Shown: positions 53,989-64,000 of the stretch, piece by piece
How positions within the stretch are numbered: the stretch's first letter is position 1
Layout: each line of letters begins with the position of its first letter
Source: a virus
Virus record (IMG/VR): IMGVR_UViG_3300045988_069050
Location: 1 to 64,000 of that record
DNA length: 64,000 bases
Strand: one strand, 5' to 3'
The notes under the pieces: model-generated
Seen by the model: only the letters and a program-made list of their open reading frames with translations
What the model was told of the DNA's origin: nothing
Database searches by the model: none
Made by a program: the position numbers and the translations under genes

Positions 53989-56157
53989 ATGCAAGTAGTA
54001 AAGAGAGACGGAAGTTTACAGGAATTTGACGGTAATAAGATAGTAGAAGCAATATCTAAAGCATTTAATGCTTGCTGTCCTGAAGAAAATAAAGAAGTCA
54101 TTACAGCTATGGTGGCTGATATGCATTTATGGGACGGCATTACTATAGAAGAGATTCAGGACGTAGTAATAGAAACCTTGAGGGACTATGGTTACGATGA
54201 TGTAGCCTCAGCATATTCTCAGTATAGAAGCGAACAATCTAGACTTAGAGAAATCATAGCTAAGATTAGTTATCAAGATAACTATATTAATAGTTCCGAA
54301 AATGCAGCTACTTCATCTGAAACAGATGGAAATGCTAATGTTGTATCTAAGAACGTTGCTACATTAGAGAGTGAGGATAGAAAGCGCGAGAACAGAGAAA
54401 TTCAGCGCTATCGTATGAAGAAGAAATTAAAACTTCTTTATCCCGAACTCTCTTCTCAATATTCTAGAGACCTAGACAGTCATATTATTTATACTCACGA
54501 TGAGGCTTCTACGTCAGTACTTAAACAGTATTGTATGGCAGTCTCGTTATATCCTCTAATGTTAGAGGGAGTAGGTAATATTGATGGAGTTACTCCTGGC
54601 CCTCCTAACGATTTGCAGTCATTTAGTGGACAGGTTACTAACTTAGTATTTCTATTGTCTTCTCAATGTAAAGGAGCAGTTGCTGTAGGTAGCTATTTTA
54701 TTGCACTTAACTATTATATTATTGCTGAATACGGAGAAAAGTGGTATGAGAAGCTCGATTGTATATGTACTTCGGAACATTCTCTTATTAAGAGAACTAT
54801 CGAAGACTCCATCCTTAAAGCTTTTAAACAGTTTGTTTGGGGAATTAATCAACCTGCTGGAAACAGAAGTTATCAATCTCCCTTTACTAATGTTTCGTAC
54901 TACGATAAGACCTATTTTGAATCTCTATTTGGAGAATTTTACTATCCAGACGGAACTAAGCCAGAATGGGTAGCAATTGATACTTTACAGAGATTGTTCA
55001 TGTCTTGGTTTAATAAACTTCGCTTGAAACAAGTTCTGACATTTCCAGTAGAAACCTTTGCTATGGTGCATGACGGTAAAGACATTATAGATAAGAACTA
55101 TAAAGACTTATGTGCAGAAATGTATTCTCAAGGTCATAGTTTCTTTACCTATATCTCAGACAGTGCAGATAGTCTTGCATCTTGTTGTCGTCTTCGTAAT
55201 GAATTAGCTGAAAATACATTTAGTCCTACCTCTGGTATGACTGGTGTAAAGACAGGTTCTTGTAATGTTATTACTCTGAATATTAACAGAATTGTCCAAG
55301 ATTGGGCTAGACAAGAAACTACTTGGTGGAGTGAAGATGGAGACAAAAATCTCTTGCATTGTAAAGATAATGTTGCCCTACTCAAAAAATATCTAATAGA
55401 TATTCTAGAGAGAGTATACAAGTATCACATTACCTATAAGACCATGCTCTATGAGTGGGAGGATAAGAAGATGTTTGCTTCTTCAAATGGAGGTTATATA
55501 AACATCAAAGACCTATATAGTACTATTGGGCTAAATGGTCTAAATGAAGCTGCTGAGTTCTTAGGAATGAAGGTATCTAATAATCCAGAATATTTTGAGT
55601 TTTTACAGCTCATACTTGGAACAATAAAAGAGCAGAATAAACTTCATTCTATCCATGACAAAAAGCGCCCCTTCTTATTTAATTCTGAAGTCGTTCCAGC
55701 AGAGGGACTTGGTGGTAAGAATTATAAATGGGATAAAGCAGATGGCTATTGGGTTCCTGAAGATAGGAATCTATACAATAGTTACTTCTATAATGCCCAT
55801 GATGATACATCAGTGTTGGATAAGTTTATACTTCATGGAAGGCAGACTTATCAGTATACAGATGGAGGTAGTGCAGCTCACATTAACTTGGAGGAACATC
55901 TGTCTAAGGAGCAATACTTGAAGCTTATAGACTTTGCTATTCAGCAAGGAACTAATTACTTCACGTTCAATATTCCTAATAGTAAGTGCGAGGATTGTAA
56001 ACATATTGTGAAAGCTCCCATTAAGGTATGTCCTAAATGTGGAAGTGAACATATTACTCAATATACCAGAATTATTGGCTATCTAAGACCTATCACTGCT
56101 TTTGGTAAGGATAGAAGAATAGAAGCTGAAAGAAGAACATATTCAAAAAATGTATAA
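53989..56157 (+). CDS. nrdD: anaerobic ribonucleoside-triphosphate reductase (class III)
   Basis: N-terminal ATP-cone (VVKRDGSLQEFDGNKI), C-terminal Cys4 zinc site and glycyl-radical region RIIGYLRP. Confidence 0.9.
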   Translation: MQVVKRDGSLQEFDGNKIVEAISKAFNACCPEENKEVITAMVADMHLWDGITIEEIQDVVIETLRDYGYDDVASAYSQYRSEQSRLREIIAKISYQDNYINSSENAATSSETDGNANVVSKNVATLESEDRKRENREIQRYRMKKKLKLLYPELSSQYSRDLDSHIIYTHDEASTSVLKQYCMAVSLYPLMLEGVGNIDGVTPGPPNDLQSFSGQVTNLVFLLSSQCKGAVAVGSYFIALNYYIIAEYGEKWYEKLDCICTSEHSLIKRTIEDSILKAFKQFVWGINQPAGNRSYQSPFTNVSYYDKTYFESLFGEFYYPDGTKPEWVAIDTLQRLFMSWFNKLRLKQVLTFPVETFAMVHDGKDIIDKNYKDLCAEMYSQGHSFFTYISDSADSLASCCRLRNELAENTFSPTSGMTGVKTGSCNVITLNINRIVQDWARQETTWWSEDGDKNLLHCKDNVALLKKYLIDILERVYKYHITYKTMLYEWEDKKMFASSNGGYINIKDLYSTIGLNGLNEAAEFLGMKVSNNPEYFEFLQLILGTIKEQNKLHSIHDKKRPFLFNSEVVPAEGLGGKNYKWDKADGYWVPEDRNLYNSYFYNAHDDTSVLDKFILHGRQTYQYTDGGSAAHINLEEHLSKEQYLKLIDFAIQQGTNYFTFNIPNSKCEDCKHIVKAPIKVCPKCGSEHITQYTRIIGYLRPITAFGKDRRIEAERRTYSKNV

Positions 56158-56494
56158 AATAGAAGAGTTTGTAGGAACAGCTGCTGAGCTGGAGAAGTTC
56201 CTTAATGAAATGCAAGTTATTAAACATTTTAATCTATCTCATATAGTATCTAGACAAGCTAAAACTTTTGCAGGACCTGGATGCTCAGTTGATAGAACCG
56301 TTTATACCTTAGTATTTTATGGGAATGACGAAGAAAAGAAGAGACAAATATATCTTGAATATGCTAAAGAAAACTTATGTAAAGATTGCTTGACTTGTGC
56401 AGACTTCGGGTATTATTGTAGAGGAAATAAAGAAAGATGTAATGCGTGGAAATACGATGAAAAAGCACATTATAGAATTGATAAAGTTGTATGA
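56150..56494 (+). CDS. Cys-rich hypothetical protein (114 aa)
   Basis: ORF. Confidence 0.5.
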   Translation: MYKIEEFVGTAAELEKFLNEMQVIKHFNLSHIVSRQAKTFAGPGCSVDRTVYTLVFYGNDEEKKRQIYLEYAKENLCKDCLTCADFGYYCRGNKERCNAWKYDEKAHYRIDKVV

Positions 56495-57156
56495 GTAAAG
56501 TTTTAATTATTCCAGATGTTCACGGTAGACCATTCTGGAGAAAAGCAAAAGAGAAGATTAATAGTGTGGATAAGGTAGTCTTTTTAGGGGACTACCTCGA
56601 CCCATATGGTTATGAAGGTATTACTAGAGAGAATGCGATAGAGGAGTTTAAAGAGATTATCCAATTCAAAGTTGATAATCCCGATAAGGTAATACTACTC
56701 CTTGGAAATCACGACTGTGCTTATTGCTATGATTTCGGAAGTGCTTCTAGGTATGATTACGCTAATGCAGAGCTAATTAAGGAAATGTTTGAGAATTTCA
56801 AGTCTCTATTCCAACTCAAATACTTCTCGGAAGGTATTCTATATACTCATGCTGGAGTTACTAATGATTGGTTAAAGAGTATGGATTTTACTATTACTGA
56901 CCTAATTACTAAGCCTGAGGACTTTCTAGTTGGCTTCCTATGGGAAGTATCTCGTATGAGAGGAGGGTGGTCTAATACAGGCAGTATGGTATGGAGCGAT
57001 GTCAGAGAAGGAGATAGAGAGTCTACATATTATCAAATATTTGGGCATACTCAATTGGAATCAGAACCCATTATTACTGACAAGTTTGCTTGCTTAGACG
57101 TAAGAAGACCTTTTATATTAGATACAGAAACTAAAAAGATTGAGGAGTATGCTTAA
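56491..57156 (+). CDS. calcineurin-like metallophosphoesterase (DVHG...GDYLD...GNHD)
   Basis: Metallophosphatase motifs I-III. Confidence 0.8.
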   Translation: MSKVLIIPDVHGRPFWRKAKEKINSVDKVVFLGDYLDPYGYEGITRENAIEEFKEIIQFKVDNPDKVILLLGNHDCAYCYDFGSASRYDYANAELIKEMFENFKSLFQLKYFSEGILYTHAGVTNDWLKSMDFTITDLITKPEDFLVGFLWEVSRMRGGWSNTGSMVWSDVREGDRESTYYQIFGHTQLESEPIITDKFACLDVRRPFILDTETKKIEEYA

Positions 57157-57643
57157 ATATGTTGATGCCAGAGTAGTCTTTCAGGAAATTCCGGATGAGA
57201 TTACATTAGCTATAAATATATCTAACTGTCCTTGTCATTGTAAAGGATGTCATAGTCAATACCTAGCCGAAGATATAGGTAAACCATTAATTGAATATCC
57301 GCAGGGGTTCTCTGATGATTACATTATTCATCTAGACGAACTAATTACAGATGGTATTTCGTGTATAGCATTTATGGGAGGGGATTCTGACCCTCACTTA
57401 GTAAATGTGTTAGCTAGTTTTGTTAAAGATTATTATCCGAATTTAAAAGTGGCATGGTACTCAGGTAGACAAGAACTATCGGAGCACGTGAATATGAAGC
57501 ATTTCGATTATATCAAGCTAGGTCCATATATTGAAGAAAACGGGCCTTTAAATAGTAAGACAACTAATCAAGTTATGCTTCATATAGATAATAGCTGTGG
57601 AAAACCCATAGTTAAAGACATAACATCACGTTTTTGGAAATGA
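57140..57643 (+). CDS. nrdG: anaerobic RNR activating enzyme (radical SAM, CPCHCKGC)
   Basis: CxxxCxxC near the N-terminus, about 167 aa, adjacent to nrdD. Confidence 0.8.
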   Translation: MRSMLKYVDARVVFQEIPDEITLAINISNCPCHCKGCHSQYLAEDIGKPLIEYPQGFSDDYIIHLDELITDGISCIAFMGGDSDPHLVNVLASFVKDYYPNLKVAWYSGRQELSEHVNMKHFDYIKLGPYIEENGPLNSKTTNQVMLHIDNSCGKPIVKDITSRFWK

Positions 57644-57939
57644 TTCTTAAGGTTGCGTATGATGATAACAGTCAACATCTGGTTGACGAATTAAAAAAGG
57701 TTCTTCCTAAATATCCTTTAGTAGAATTACAAACTTACCATGAAGGCTTGTTTAAGGAACGTAAAAACGCCTTCAAGCTCAAGGGAGGTTTTAGCGCTAG
57801 ACATACTCCATTTGCTGTATTAATTGATAATGATGCAGCTCCAGTAATGGCATTCTACAGTGAAGCTAATACTTGTACCATAGAAGAGATAATGAAAGCA
57901 TTAAATAATCCCGTAGTATATGGTAGAATTGAAGGTTAA
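57634..57939 (+). CDS. hypothetical protein (101 aa)
   Basis: ORF. Confidence 0.45.
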   Translation: MEMILKVAYDDNSQHLVDELKKVLPKYPLVELQTYHEGLFKERKNAFKLKGGFSARHTPFAVLIDNDAAPVMAFYSEANTCTIEEIMKALNNPVVYGRIEG

Positions 57940-58261
57940 AGATATTATTGAGAAGAAGAAACTTCTGATAAAAGGACTTGAAGAGAATATCTTCAAGGAC
58001 TTTACTGAAGAAGAAGAAAATCTCTTGCACTCCAAGCACGGAATGATTAAAGTTAGTCATAGGTCAGGTGCTGGTAAAGTGTATGAAGGGATAACTGGAG
58101 CGTTTAAGGTTGGGCTTCCTCTAATTATTGATAGTGAGCCGACTAAGATAATACAGAGAATTACCATGATAGATTGGGACTCTAGTATGTTCCAGGATGC
58201 AGATGGAGAGTGGTTTATATTTGAATTTACTCCAATAAGACTCTACGAATTAAGTGTATGA
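57920..58261 (+). CDS. hypothetical protein (113 aa)
   Basis: ORF. Confidence 0.45.
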   Translation: MVELKVKDIIEKKKLLIKGLEENIFKDFTEEEENLLHSKHGMIKVSHRSGAGKVYEGITGAFKVGLPLIIDSEPTKIIQRITMIDWDSSMFQDADGEWFIFEFTPIRLYELSV

Positions 58262-58563
58262 TAAGAAAATTTACTAACATCGTTTGTGTATATTACAACG
58301 ACAAAAATTATATTCCAGCTAAGTATAATTGTCCAGACTTAGAGATTGATGATGTAATTCTCAACCTGACTACAAACAAGGAACAGAATTATGAAAAGAT
58401 TTCTGAGATTATTGTTGATTATGCCTTTGCTTTGTTCTGTAACAAATCTGATTTAAAAGATTTTTCACAAGACCATAAGAAATATAAGAGACAGAACTGG
58501 AAATTGCTTGATTTTAGGGAAATAATTAAAACAACAGAGATAAAACCAAAAGATCAGAAATGA
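58258..58563 (+). CDS. hypothetical protein (101 aa)
   Basis: ORF. Confidence 0.45.
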   Translation: MIRKFTNIVCVYYNDKNYIPAKYNCPDLEIDDVILNLTTNKEQNYEKISEIIVDYAFALFCNKSDLKDFSQDHKKYKRQNWKLLDFREIIKTTEIKPKDQK

Positions 58564-59114
58564 AATATGGAGTTATTTTAGCTAGGTTTCAGCCCATTCA
58601 CAATGGGCACCTAGCTTTAATTAAAAAAGCTTGTTCAGAGAACGATAAGGTTCTTTTGTTAGTTGGTAGTGCTGATAAAGTAAACAAGCGTAATCCTATT
58701 CCTATAAAGGTTAGGATAAAATTACTAGAAACTGCCTTAGAGGACGAAGGTTTACTTAGTAGATGTATCATTCACCCTCTTAATGATTTGACTGATGAGT
58801 CTGATAACTCTCAGGATTGGGGATTCTATTTATATGCTAACATAGTTAGTATTATAAAAGAGTCCCATTTTAATATCTACTATAGCGATGGATACGAAAT
58901 TATTACAACATGGTTTCCAAAGTTTATGCTGAAGGGTTATATATCAATGACTCTCATGGCAAGAGAACAGGTAGAAGAAGGTATATCGGCTACTGTTGTA
59001 AGAGATGCCCTAAGATCTAATTTAAGCCTAGAAGGACTAGTTCCTAAGTGTGTTATAGATGCAAGATTTTATTTAACTGAATTTATTTTATTACATGAAA
59101 GTACTCATAATTAA
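58560..59114 (+). CDS. nicotinamide-nucleotide adenylyltransferase-like nucleotidyltransferase ([10 protein letters not shown])
   Basis: (H/T)xGH nucleotidyltransferase motif in the RFQP.H.GH context typical of NadM/NadR-type NMNAT. Confidence 0.75.
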   Translation: MKYGVILARFQPIHNGHLALIKKACSENDKVLLLVGSADKVNKRNPIPIKVRIKLLETALEDEGLLSRCIIHPLNDLTDESDNSQDWGFYLYANIVSIIKESHFNIYYSDGYEIITTWFPKFMLKGYISMTLMAREQVEEGISATVVRDALRSNLSLEGLVPKCVIDARFYLTEFILLHESTHN

Positions 59115-59676
59115 TAAATCAAGACATCAACTTCCTCAGTATGAAACTCCCTTATCAGCAGGTATGGATATTAGAGGAGACTTTAGTAGAATTAAGTTAG
59201 TAGACAATAAGCCTGAGAAATTCTTTTTCGATGCTGATGTTGTAGCTATTAGTAAAATTGAAGATCCAAATGGTCCATTTGTGGTAGACAAGGAAGGAAA
59301 TCTTACTGATAGAAGAGTTCCTAGTATTCCCGTTGCTTCTACTATTGAAATAAAGCCCGGAGGTAGATGTTTGATTCCGACTGGATTGTTTATAGCTTTA
59401 CCTAAGGGTTACGAGGCGCAAGTTCGACCACGAAGCGGTCTTGCATTAAAATTGGGACTTACTGTCCTTAATTCACCTGGAACCATTGACGCCGACTACA
59501 GAGGAGAGATTGGAGTTGTATTAGTGAACACTTCTAATGTCCCAGTTAGAATTACTGATGGAGAAAGAATTGCCCAAATAGTTATTGCTAAGCATGAAAC
59601 TATAGAATGGGAAGTTGTTGAAGAATTACCTTCCACTGAACGAGGAGAAGGGGGATTTGGACATACCGGAGTATGA
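59095..59676 (+). CDS. dut: dUTP diphosphatase
   Basis: dUTPase motifs [35 protein letters not shown]. Confidence 0.9.
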   Translation: MKVLIINKSRHQLPQYETPLSAGMDIRGDFSRIKLVDNKPEKFFFDADVVAISKIEDPNGPFVVDKEGNLTDRRVPSIPVASTIEIKPGGRCLIPTGLFIALPKGYEAQVRPRSGLALKLGLTVLNSPGTIDADYRGEIGVVLVNTSNVPVRITDGERIAQIVIAKHETIEWEVVEELPSTERGEGGFGHTGV

Positions 59677-59918
59677 TATGGATATTAATGGTATTGGGGT
59701 TATGTAATTTAGCCCTAATACTTTGTCTCATGCGGAGAGTTGAGGACATTAGTAATCAAATCAAAACTAATTATCACTTTATTGATGATACAAGAGACAA
59801 AGTCAAGTATCTAACTTCTCTAATGGATATACGAGTGAATATTCCAGAAGAAATCGAGAAGCAATTTGGTAAGATGAAAAAGGAAATTGTTGTTAAAAAT
59901 GTATTAAAAGTACCATGA
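59673..59918 (+). CDS. small membrane protein
   Basis: ORF with N-terminal TM. Confidence 0.4.
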   Translation: MIWILMVLGLCNLALILCLMRRVEDISNQIKTNYHFIDDTRDKVKYLTSLMDIRVNIPEEIEKQFGKMKKEIVVKNVLKVP

Positions 59919-60235
59919 CTAAAGAGGAATTGAGGTCTAAAATATTAGAACTCGAAGAAGCTATGAGAGAAGAAGACAGCAAGTCTACCACAGCTAAACT
60001 AAGTGATGAATGGGATGAATTAATGAGTAAGTTGGAAGATGTTATCTATGACGAACTCGAAGGTGTTGCAGTTAAGATAGTCACTGAAAGAATTGTTGAT
60101 AAATACGATGTAGACACTGATATATTAATTGCAGAGTATATGGAAAGTGGAGACCTAGAGGAATCATTTAAGATAGCAGCCGAGGAGTGCGATTGCGGTT
60201 GGAAGACAGATATTACAAAAAGAATATTAAAATAA
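59915..60235 (+). CDS. hypothetical acidic protein
   Basis: ORF. Confidence 0.45.
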   Translation: MTKEELRSKILELEEAMREEDSKSTTAKLSDEWDELMSKLEDVIYDELEGVAVKIVTERIVDKYDVDTDILIAEYMESGDLEESFKIAAEECDCGWKTDITKRILK

Positions 60236-60243
60236 TTACTACT

Positions 60244-60555
60244 ATGACTAAAGAAGGATTTGTAAAGCTTATTGAAAATGCCCAGAACTATTCTAAGGAA
60301 TTGGATAGATGGTCTGATTTTGGAATTGATTTGTTTGAACTTCCTATATCCGAACTCGGTTGGGGATTCTTAAATACAGTACTTCCGGAATTGTTCTCTG
60401 ATGAAGGAGTGGACTGGGTTAATTGGTGGTTGTTTGAGAAGCCTGGACTATTCAAAAATAGTCTTCCTAATGAAGCTTATGATGAAGACGGAAATATAAT
60501 TCCTACTGATACGATTGATGATTTGTGGAACTTAGTTAAGGACTACCAGAAATGA
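60244..60555 (+). CDS. hypothetical protein (start set to first ATG after upstream stop)
   Basis: ORF. Confidence 0.45.
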   Translation: MTKEGFVKLIENAQNYSKELDRWSDFGIDLFELPISELGWGFLNTVLPELFSDEGVDWVNWWLFEKPGLFKNSLPNEAYDEDGNIIPTDTIDDLWNLVKDYQK

Positions 60556-60782
60556 CACTAGAAGAACTTAAAAAGAAAGTAGTCACTATTACAGTACACA
60601 AAAATATTGTATTAGGGGAAGATTTACATGAAGATGATCTGCTAGAGTTTCTCGAACTGCAAGAGGAGGAGGCTTGTTCTGATGAAAGATTATTACAAGC
60701 AATAAAAAATGCCTACTACGGAACTCTTAGTGATATTGAAGATATTATCTACGATAACCTCAATGTAACTATTCATGATTAA
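60552..60782 (+). CDS. hypothetical acidic protein
   Basis: ORF. Confidence 0.4.
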   Translation: MTLEELKKKVVTITVHKNIVLGEDLHEDDLLEFLELQEEEACSDERLLQAIKNAYYGTLSDIEDIIYDNLNVTIHD

Positions 60783-61974
60783 ATATTTGTTAAGCAAAGC
60801 CTCAACTGGCAAGTTTAGAGTTGTATATTTATCTACTACAGAGCAGTGGGATGAAGAAAAAGCTGGATTTGTAATTAATAGAGTTACAGGACAGCTACAT
60901 GGAAAGATGACAGAGCAACCAGAAATAGTCATTACTAAAGGAAAAGCTGGTAGAACGCATAGAGAACAACTTGAGTTGCAGTTTAAGTCTGAGCTTAAGA
61001 AATATTTAGATAAGGGTTACAAGGAGCTAGAGAACGATCCCGAAACTTATAGCGAAACTCAATTGGAAGAATTTTATGGAGACATTAAAACCGACCAGAA
61101 TGGATTTGCAAAGCACATGCTTGCAAAATCTGCAGATAAAGTTAAGGAATCCTCAATCAATAAGGTTAAGTATTGGTATGCTAGCAGAAAAATTGATGGA
61201 GTTAGGTGTTCCTTCTACTATAAGGACGGTGAGATTCTATCTGCTTCCAGAGGTGGGGGAAATTATGACTATTCAACAAGCCATATCCGAAACAATGAGA
61301 AATTGCTTGAGTTCTTCAGGAATCATCCCACTTACATTCTTGATGGAGAGTTGTATAGACATGGTAAAAGTCTCCAACAAATCAGTGGAGCAGCTCGTCT
61401 TGAGAAAAACGCAGTTGACTGCGACTGGCTTGAATATTATGTTTACGATATAATGATTCCTAGTATGAAGTTCTCTGATAGGCTTGAAATTCTTAAGCAG
61501 CTTCAGAAAGAACTTAATCTTGGATTTAATCCAGATAAAGATTGGGAAGAGGGTGAGTTACAATTGCAAATAGTCCCGCAGGAAAAGGTCTCTGGATACG
61601 AGAATATTATGAAACTGCACAACCAATATGTTTCAGAAGGTTGGGAAGGAGTAGTATGTAGAAATCCAGATAAAGAGTATGGCTTCGGTAAGCGTACTAA
61701 TGATATGCTAAAATTTAAATTCTACAAAGATGCAGAGTTTGAAATTACTGGTTTATCAGAAGGTCTTCGGGAAGAAGATATGTGTTTTACGCTAATAACA
61801 GAAGATGGTATAGAATTTAAAGCTAAACCAATGGGTTCTAGAGAACTTAAACAACAGTATAGGGAAAGACTTAAGGAGCTGATAGGAAAGATGGCTACTG
61901 TTAAGTATTTCTATCTATCTGATGAAGGTACTCCATTGCAACCTGTACTAAAATGTATTCGCGATTATGAGTAA
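60775..61974 (+). CDS. ATP-dependent DNA (or RNA) ligase
   Basis: Motif I ASRKIDGVR (KxDGxR), DGELY motif, LKFKFYKD motif V. Confidence 0.8.
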   Translation: MIKYLLSKASTGKFRVVYLSTTEQWDEEKAGFVINRVTGQLHGKMTEQPEIVITKGKAGRTHREQLELQFKSELKKYLDKGYKELENDPETYSETQLEEFYGDIKTDQNGFAKHMLAKSADKVKESSINKVKYWYASRKIDGVRCSFYYKDGEILSASRGGGNYDYSTSHIRNNEKLLEFFRNHPTYILDGELYRHGKSLQQISGAARLEKNAVDCDWLEYYVYDIMIPSMKFSDRLEILKQLQKELNLGFNPDKDWEEGELQLQIVPQEKVSGYENIMKLHNQYVSEGWEGVVCRNPDKEYGFGKRTNDMLKFKFYKDAEFEITGLSEGLREEDMCFTLITEDGIEFKAKPMGSRELKQQYRERLKELIGKMATVKYFYLSDEGTPLQPVLKCIRDYE

Positions 61975-62212
61975 GTACAAATTTGATGTATCGCTTGTTA
62001 CATCTGGTCTTAGTGAAGGAGTATTCGAACTGCAGCCTAGTGACTATCTATACTGTGAGGACGAAGATGAGTTATTTGATGAAGTTAACGACACATTGTG
62101 TGGTACACTTCGCAAACATATCAAGTTCTCTAGAGTATATACTTGCGAATCAGACTGGCGTTACCCAAAAGGATTTTTGGAAGAATGGAGGCGATTAAAG
62201 AATGAGCGCTGA
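61967..62212 (+). CDS. hypothetical protein
   Basis: ORF. Confidence 0.4.
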   Translation: MSKYKFDVSLVTSGLSEGVFELQPSDYLYCEDEDELFDEVNDTLCGTLRKHIKFSRVYTCESDWRYPKGFLEEWRRLKNER

Positions 62213-62402
62213 AGATATAATTATTTTAGTTATCGCTAATATAGTTGGCAACAGCTCAAATAGATTCGGGCAATCACACGAGCTGTATCTTCCAAAGTCT
62301 CTAGAGTCAGAAGTACATGATAAGTGGGACGACTGCTATCATCAAGGCAAATACTATATAGCTGGAAATACTTTTAAAATCAATTTTTATGAAGAAGATT
62401 AA
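62202..62402 (+). CDS. hypothetical protein
   Basis: ORF. Confidence 0.35.
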   Translation: MSAEDIIILVIANIVGNSSNRFGQSHELYLPKSLESEVHDKWDDCYHQGKYYIAGNTFKINFYEED

Positions 62403-63027
62403 GTATAGGCAATATTACTACGATGGGAACTTTTCTAGCCTAGAGTTAGAAGTTCCTGACGAATGCCGTATCTACGAGATAGGCTTTATGAATATATCCC
62501 ACAAGATTGAAGAAGGTGAGACTAAAGCTTATGTTTTTCTTTGTCCTTCAGAAATCGAGGATTCTAAACTGCTTTGTAATGTTTATCTATCTTACCTAGA
62601 CGATGTTTTTATAGAAAACTCAGAAATACCTATACAGAATGTAGAGGAAGCTCCTAGATTCGAAAACGCGTATATGGTAAGATACTACAAAGATGCTGTG
62701 GCAGAAAACAAAATATCAGCTATCCTGAGTAAAATAGGAAAGCTCAGTGAAGCTTCTGAACAGGATAGGAGTGACTTACAAGTATTATATAAGGAATCTA
62801 AGGGTATATCCGAAATATCTAAGCTTAGACGTATTACTTATAAAGGTATAGAGATAGGTAGTGTGTATTTCAAGAACTGGATAGATGGAACAGAAGTTGC
62901 TTCTATGGCTGTTAGTGAATTACCATATGGACGTATATGGTTTGAGGAGTTCTCTAATTCCAATGATATAGTTGCTAAGTTTAAGGAAGAAGCAGATAAA
63001 ATCTATAATTCTATAATAAATTATTAA
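62389..63027 (+). CDS. hypothetical protein (212 aa)
   Basis: ORF. Confidence 0.6.
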   Translation: MKKIKYRQYYYDGNFSSLELEVPDECRIYEIGFMNISHKIEEGETKAYVFLCPSEIEDSKLLCNVYLSYLDDVFIENSEIPIQNVEEAPRFENAYMVRYYKDAVAENKISAILSKIGKLSEASEQDRSDLQVLYKESKGISEISKLRRITYKGIEIGSVYFKNWIDGTEVASMAVSELPYGRIWFEEFSNSNDIVAKFKEEADKIYNSIINY

Positions 63028-63029
63028 TT

Positions 63030-63233
63030 ATGTATTTAAGTATTCGATTAGACGATGACAGCGTTGAACTAATGCAGTCTGACATCGAAGATATGTGGAA
63101 TTATCTGGAACAGGATACGGAAAATTTTGTGTATCATACAGCCTCGTACATAGAAGGTCTAGAGTTGGAGTATTATGCAGATGAGCTTAGGCCGCTATAT
63201 GAGACATTGAAAAACTTCTTTGAAAATGAGTGA
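63030..63233 (+). CDS. hypothetical acidic protein
   Basis: ORF. Confidence 0.4.
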   Translation: MYLSIRLDDDSVELMQSDIEDMWNYLEQDTENFVYHTASYIEGLELEYYADELRPLYETLKNFFENE

Positions 63234-63444
63234 TGTAGAAAAACGCTATATTTGGCTAGTTAATCATCTAATCTGGAATGGCTCTAAGCAGAAAAACGGG
63301 GTTTATTGGGTAAAGATAACCAAAGAGAATGCAGCCCTTCTTGAAGAGAAATATGAAGTGTGCGATACTCGCGCCTTGAAAGGAGGGCTTAAAGTAAATG
63401 TTATAAAAATGTGTGATAATTTTATTGTACTTGATACGCGATGA
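63220..63444 (+). CDS. hypothetical protein
   Basis: ORF. Confidence 0.4.
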   Translation: MKMSDVEKRYIWLVNHLIWNGSKQKNGVYWVKITKENAALLEEKYEVCDTRALKGGLKVNVIKMCDNFIVLDTR

Positions 63445-63932
63445 AATACGAAAAATTTGATATTCTAAAGAAAGCTAAATATTCTATCGTTCCGAATAAT
63501 AGAGAGCTGTATGTAGTTTATGTAGAATGTGACGCAAACGATGGTGATTACATGAGAGATACTATTGAATTTGATAAAGAATCGTTTGAAGAAGACGAAC
63601 TTCTCCTATTGGTTTTATCATATGTTAGTAAGTATTCCGGAAGATTTTCTGAGAAAGGATGGAACTCTGCAGGATATGGGCACCATGTAGATGAAAACAA
63701 AGATTTTCCTTGGTTGTCGGAGTATCTATCTGAAAATGATATTCTGATATTCGCTGGAATGTGTGATATCATGTGCCATAGCGTATCTCAGATACGTATA
63801 GAATATTATGACAACGATGGAAGAAAGAATAAGGTAGAGCTTCCTGATGTAGATAATCTTTTTGAAAACAAACAGGAGTTTGTGGATTATTTAAATAGTC
63901 TGTACAAACTGTATTATGATGAAATTGAATAA
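63441..63932 (+). CDS. hypothetical protein (163 aa)
   Basis: ORF. Confidence 0.55.
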   Translation: MKYEKFDILKKAKYSIVPNNRELYVVYVECDANDGDYMRDTIEFDKESFEEDELLLLVLSYVSKYSGRFSEKGWNSAGYGHHVDENKDFPWLSEYLSENDILIFAGMCDIMCHSVSQIRIEYYDNDGRKNKVELPDVDNLFENKQEFVDYLNSLYKLYYDEIE

Positions 63933-64000
63933 TGGAGGAAAGCTCCCAGACAAGTTTAAAATAGCTAATCAAGAAATAACCGTAATCATAGAAGATTCTC

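Noticed and set aside
57634-57939. NrdH/glutaredoxin-like redoxin downstream of nrdG
   Set aside because: No CxxC active-site motif is present in the 101-aa translation. It is left as hypothetical.
1-64000. CRISPR arrays, integrase, transposase or IS elements
   Set aside because: No regularly spaced short direct repeats and no recombinase or transposase signatures were seen. The only mobile element supported is the HNH homing endonuclease.

Overview
This 64-kb window looks like part of a large dsDNA bacteriophage genome, probably infecting a Bacteroidota host, but that attribution is inference. The DNA is AT-rich (about 35% GC). Every supported gene is on the + strand, and all ORFs listed on the - strand are embedded in + strand genes and look spurious. 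Positions 7-40 are an untrimmed Illumina Nextera/Tn5 adapter, so the contig 5' end is a library artefact.

Main content:
- A dense tRNA island spans roughly 5.2-23.9 kb, with one more tRNA at 29.3 kb. It holds about 27 tRNA or tRNA-like genes interleaved with small ORFs. Several are duplicated isoacceptors: two Tyr-GTA, two Cys-GCA, Gly-TCC and Gly-GCC, and three or four CAT anticodons.
- Several tRNA-like sequences are aberrant. These include a 3' tRNA fragment, one with a 15-nt anticodon loop, a CAT tRNA with a collapsed T-stem, an Ala-like tRNA with a largely unpaired acceptor stem, and a type-II tRNA with a GTT anticodon.
- At 22261-22822 there is an approximately 560-nt ORF-free locus whose 5' and 3' ends match the conserved tmRNA (ssrA) tRNA-Ala-like domain, including a G3:U70 pair. 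It has an internal tag reading frame encoding ATYSEVRMAA with its stop codon in a hairpin loop. I call this a phage-encoded tmRNA.
- A nucleotide-metabolism and replication module is present. It contains the anaerobic ribonucleotide reductase NrdD, a metallophosphatase and the activase NrdG, as well as dUTPase, two HAD phosphatases, an ATP-dependent ligase and RNase H. It also contains an SF2 helicase, a DnaB-like helicase, a Sak4-like ATPase, a putative SSB, a Toprim primase, a ClpX-like AAA+ ATPase and a second AAA+ ATPase.
- Three NAD+ salvage genes are present. A NAMPT-like gene sits next to a PRPP-synthetase-like gene at 35.9-38.7 kb, with a HAD gene between them. A separate NMN-adenylyltransferase lies at 58.6 kb. 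The adjacent pair resembles the recently described phage NAD+ reconstitution pathways that counter NAD-depleting bacterial immunity.
- A flotillin (SPFH) gene is preceded by an NfeD-like gene that is split by an apparent frameshift.
- A radical-SAM enzyme lies beside the tRNA island.
- An OmpA-family outer-membrane protein and a glucosaminidase are present.
- A freestanding HNH homing-endonuclease gene is bracketed by 46-bp imperfect direct repeats. It sits directly downstream of an Hjc-like resolvase gene that has no start codon and is preceded in-frame by a TAG codon and 64 open codons.

Two structured non-coding regions and a GC-rich island inside one CDS are also noted. No CRISPR arrays, integrase or transposase were seen.
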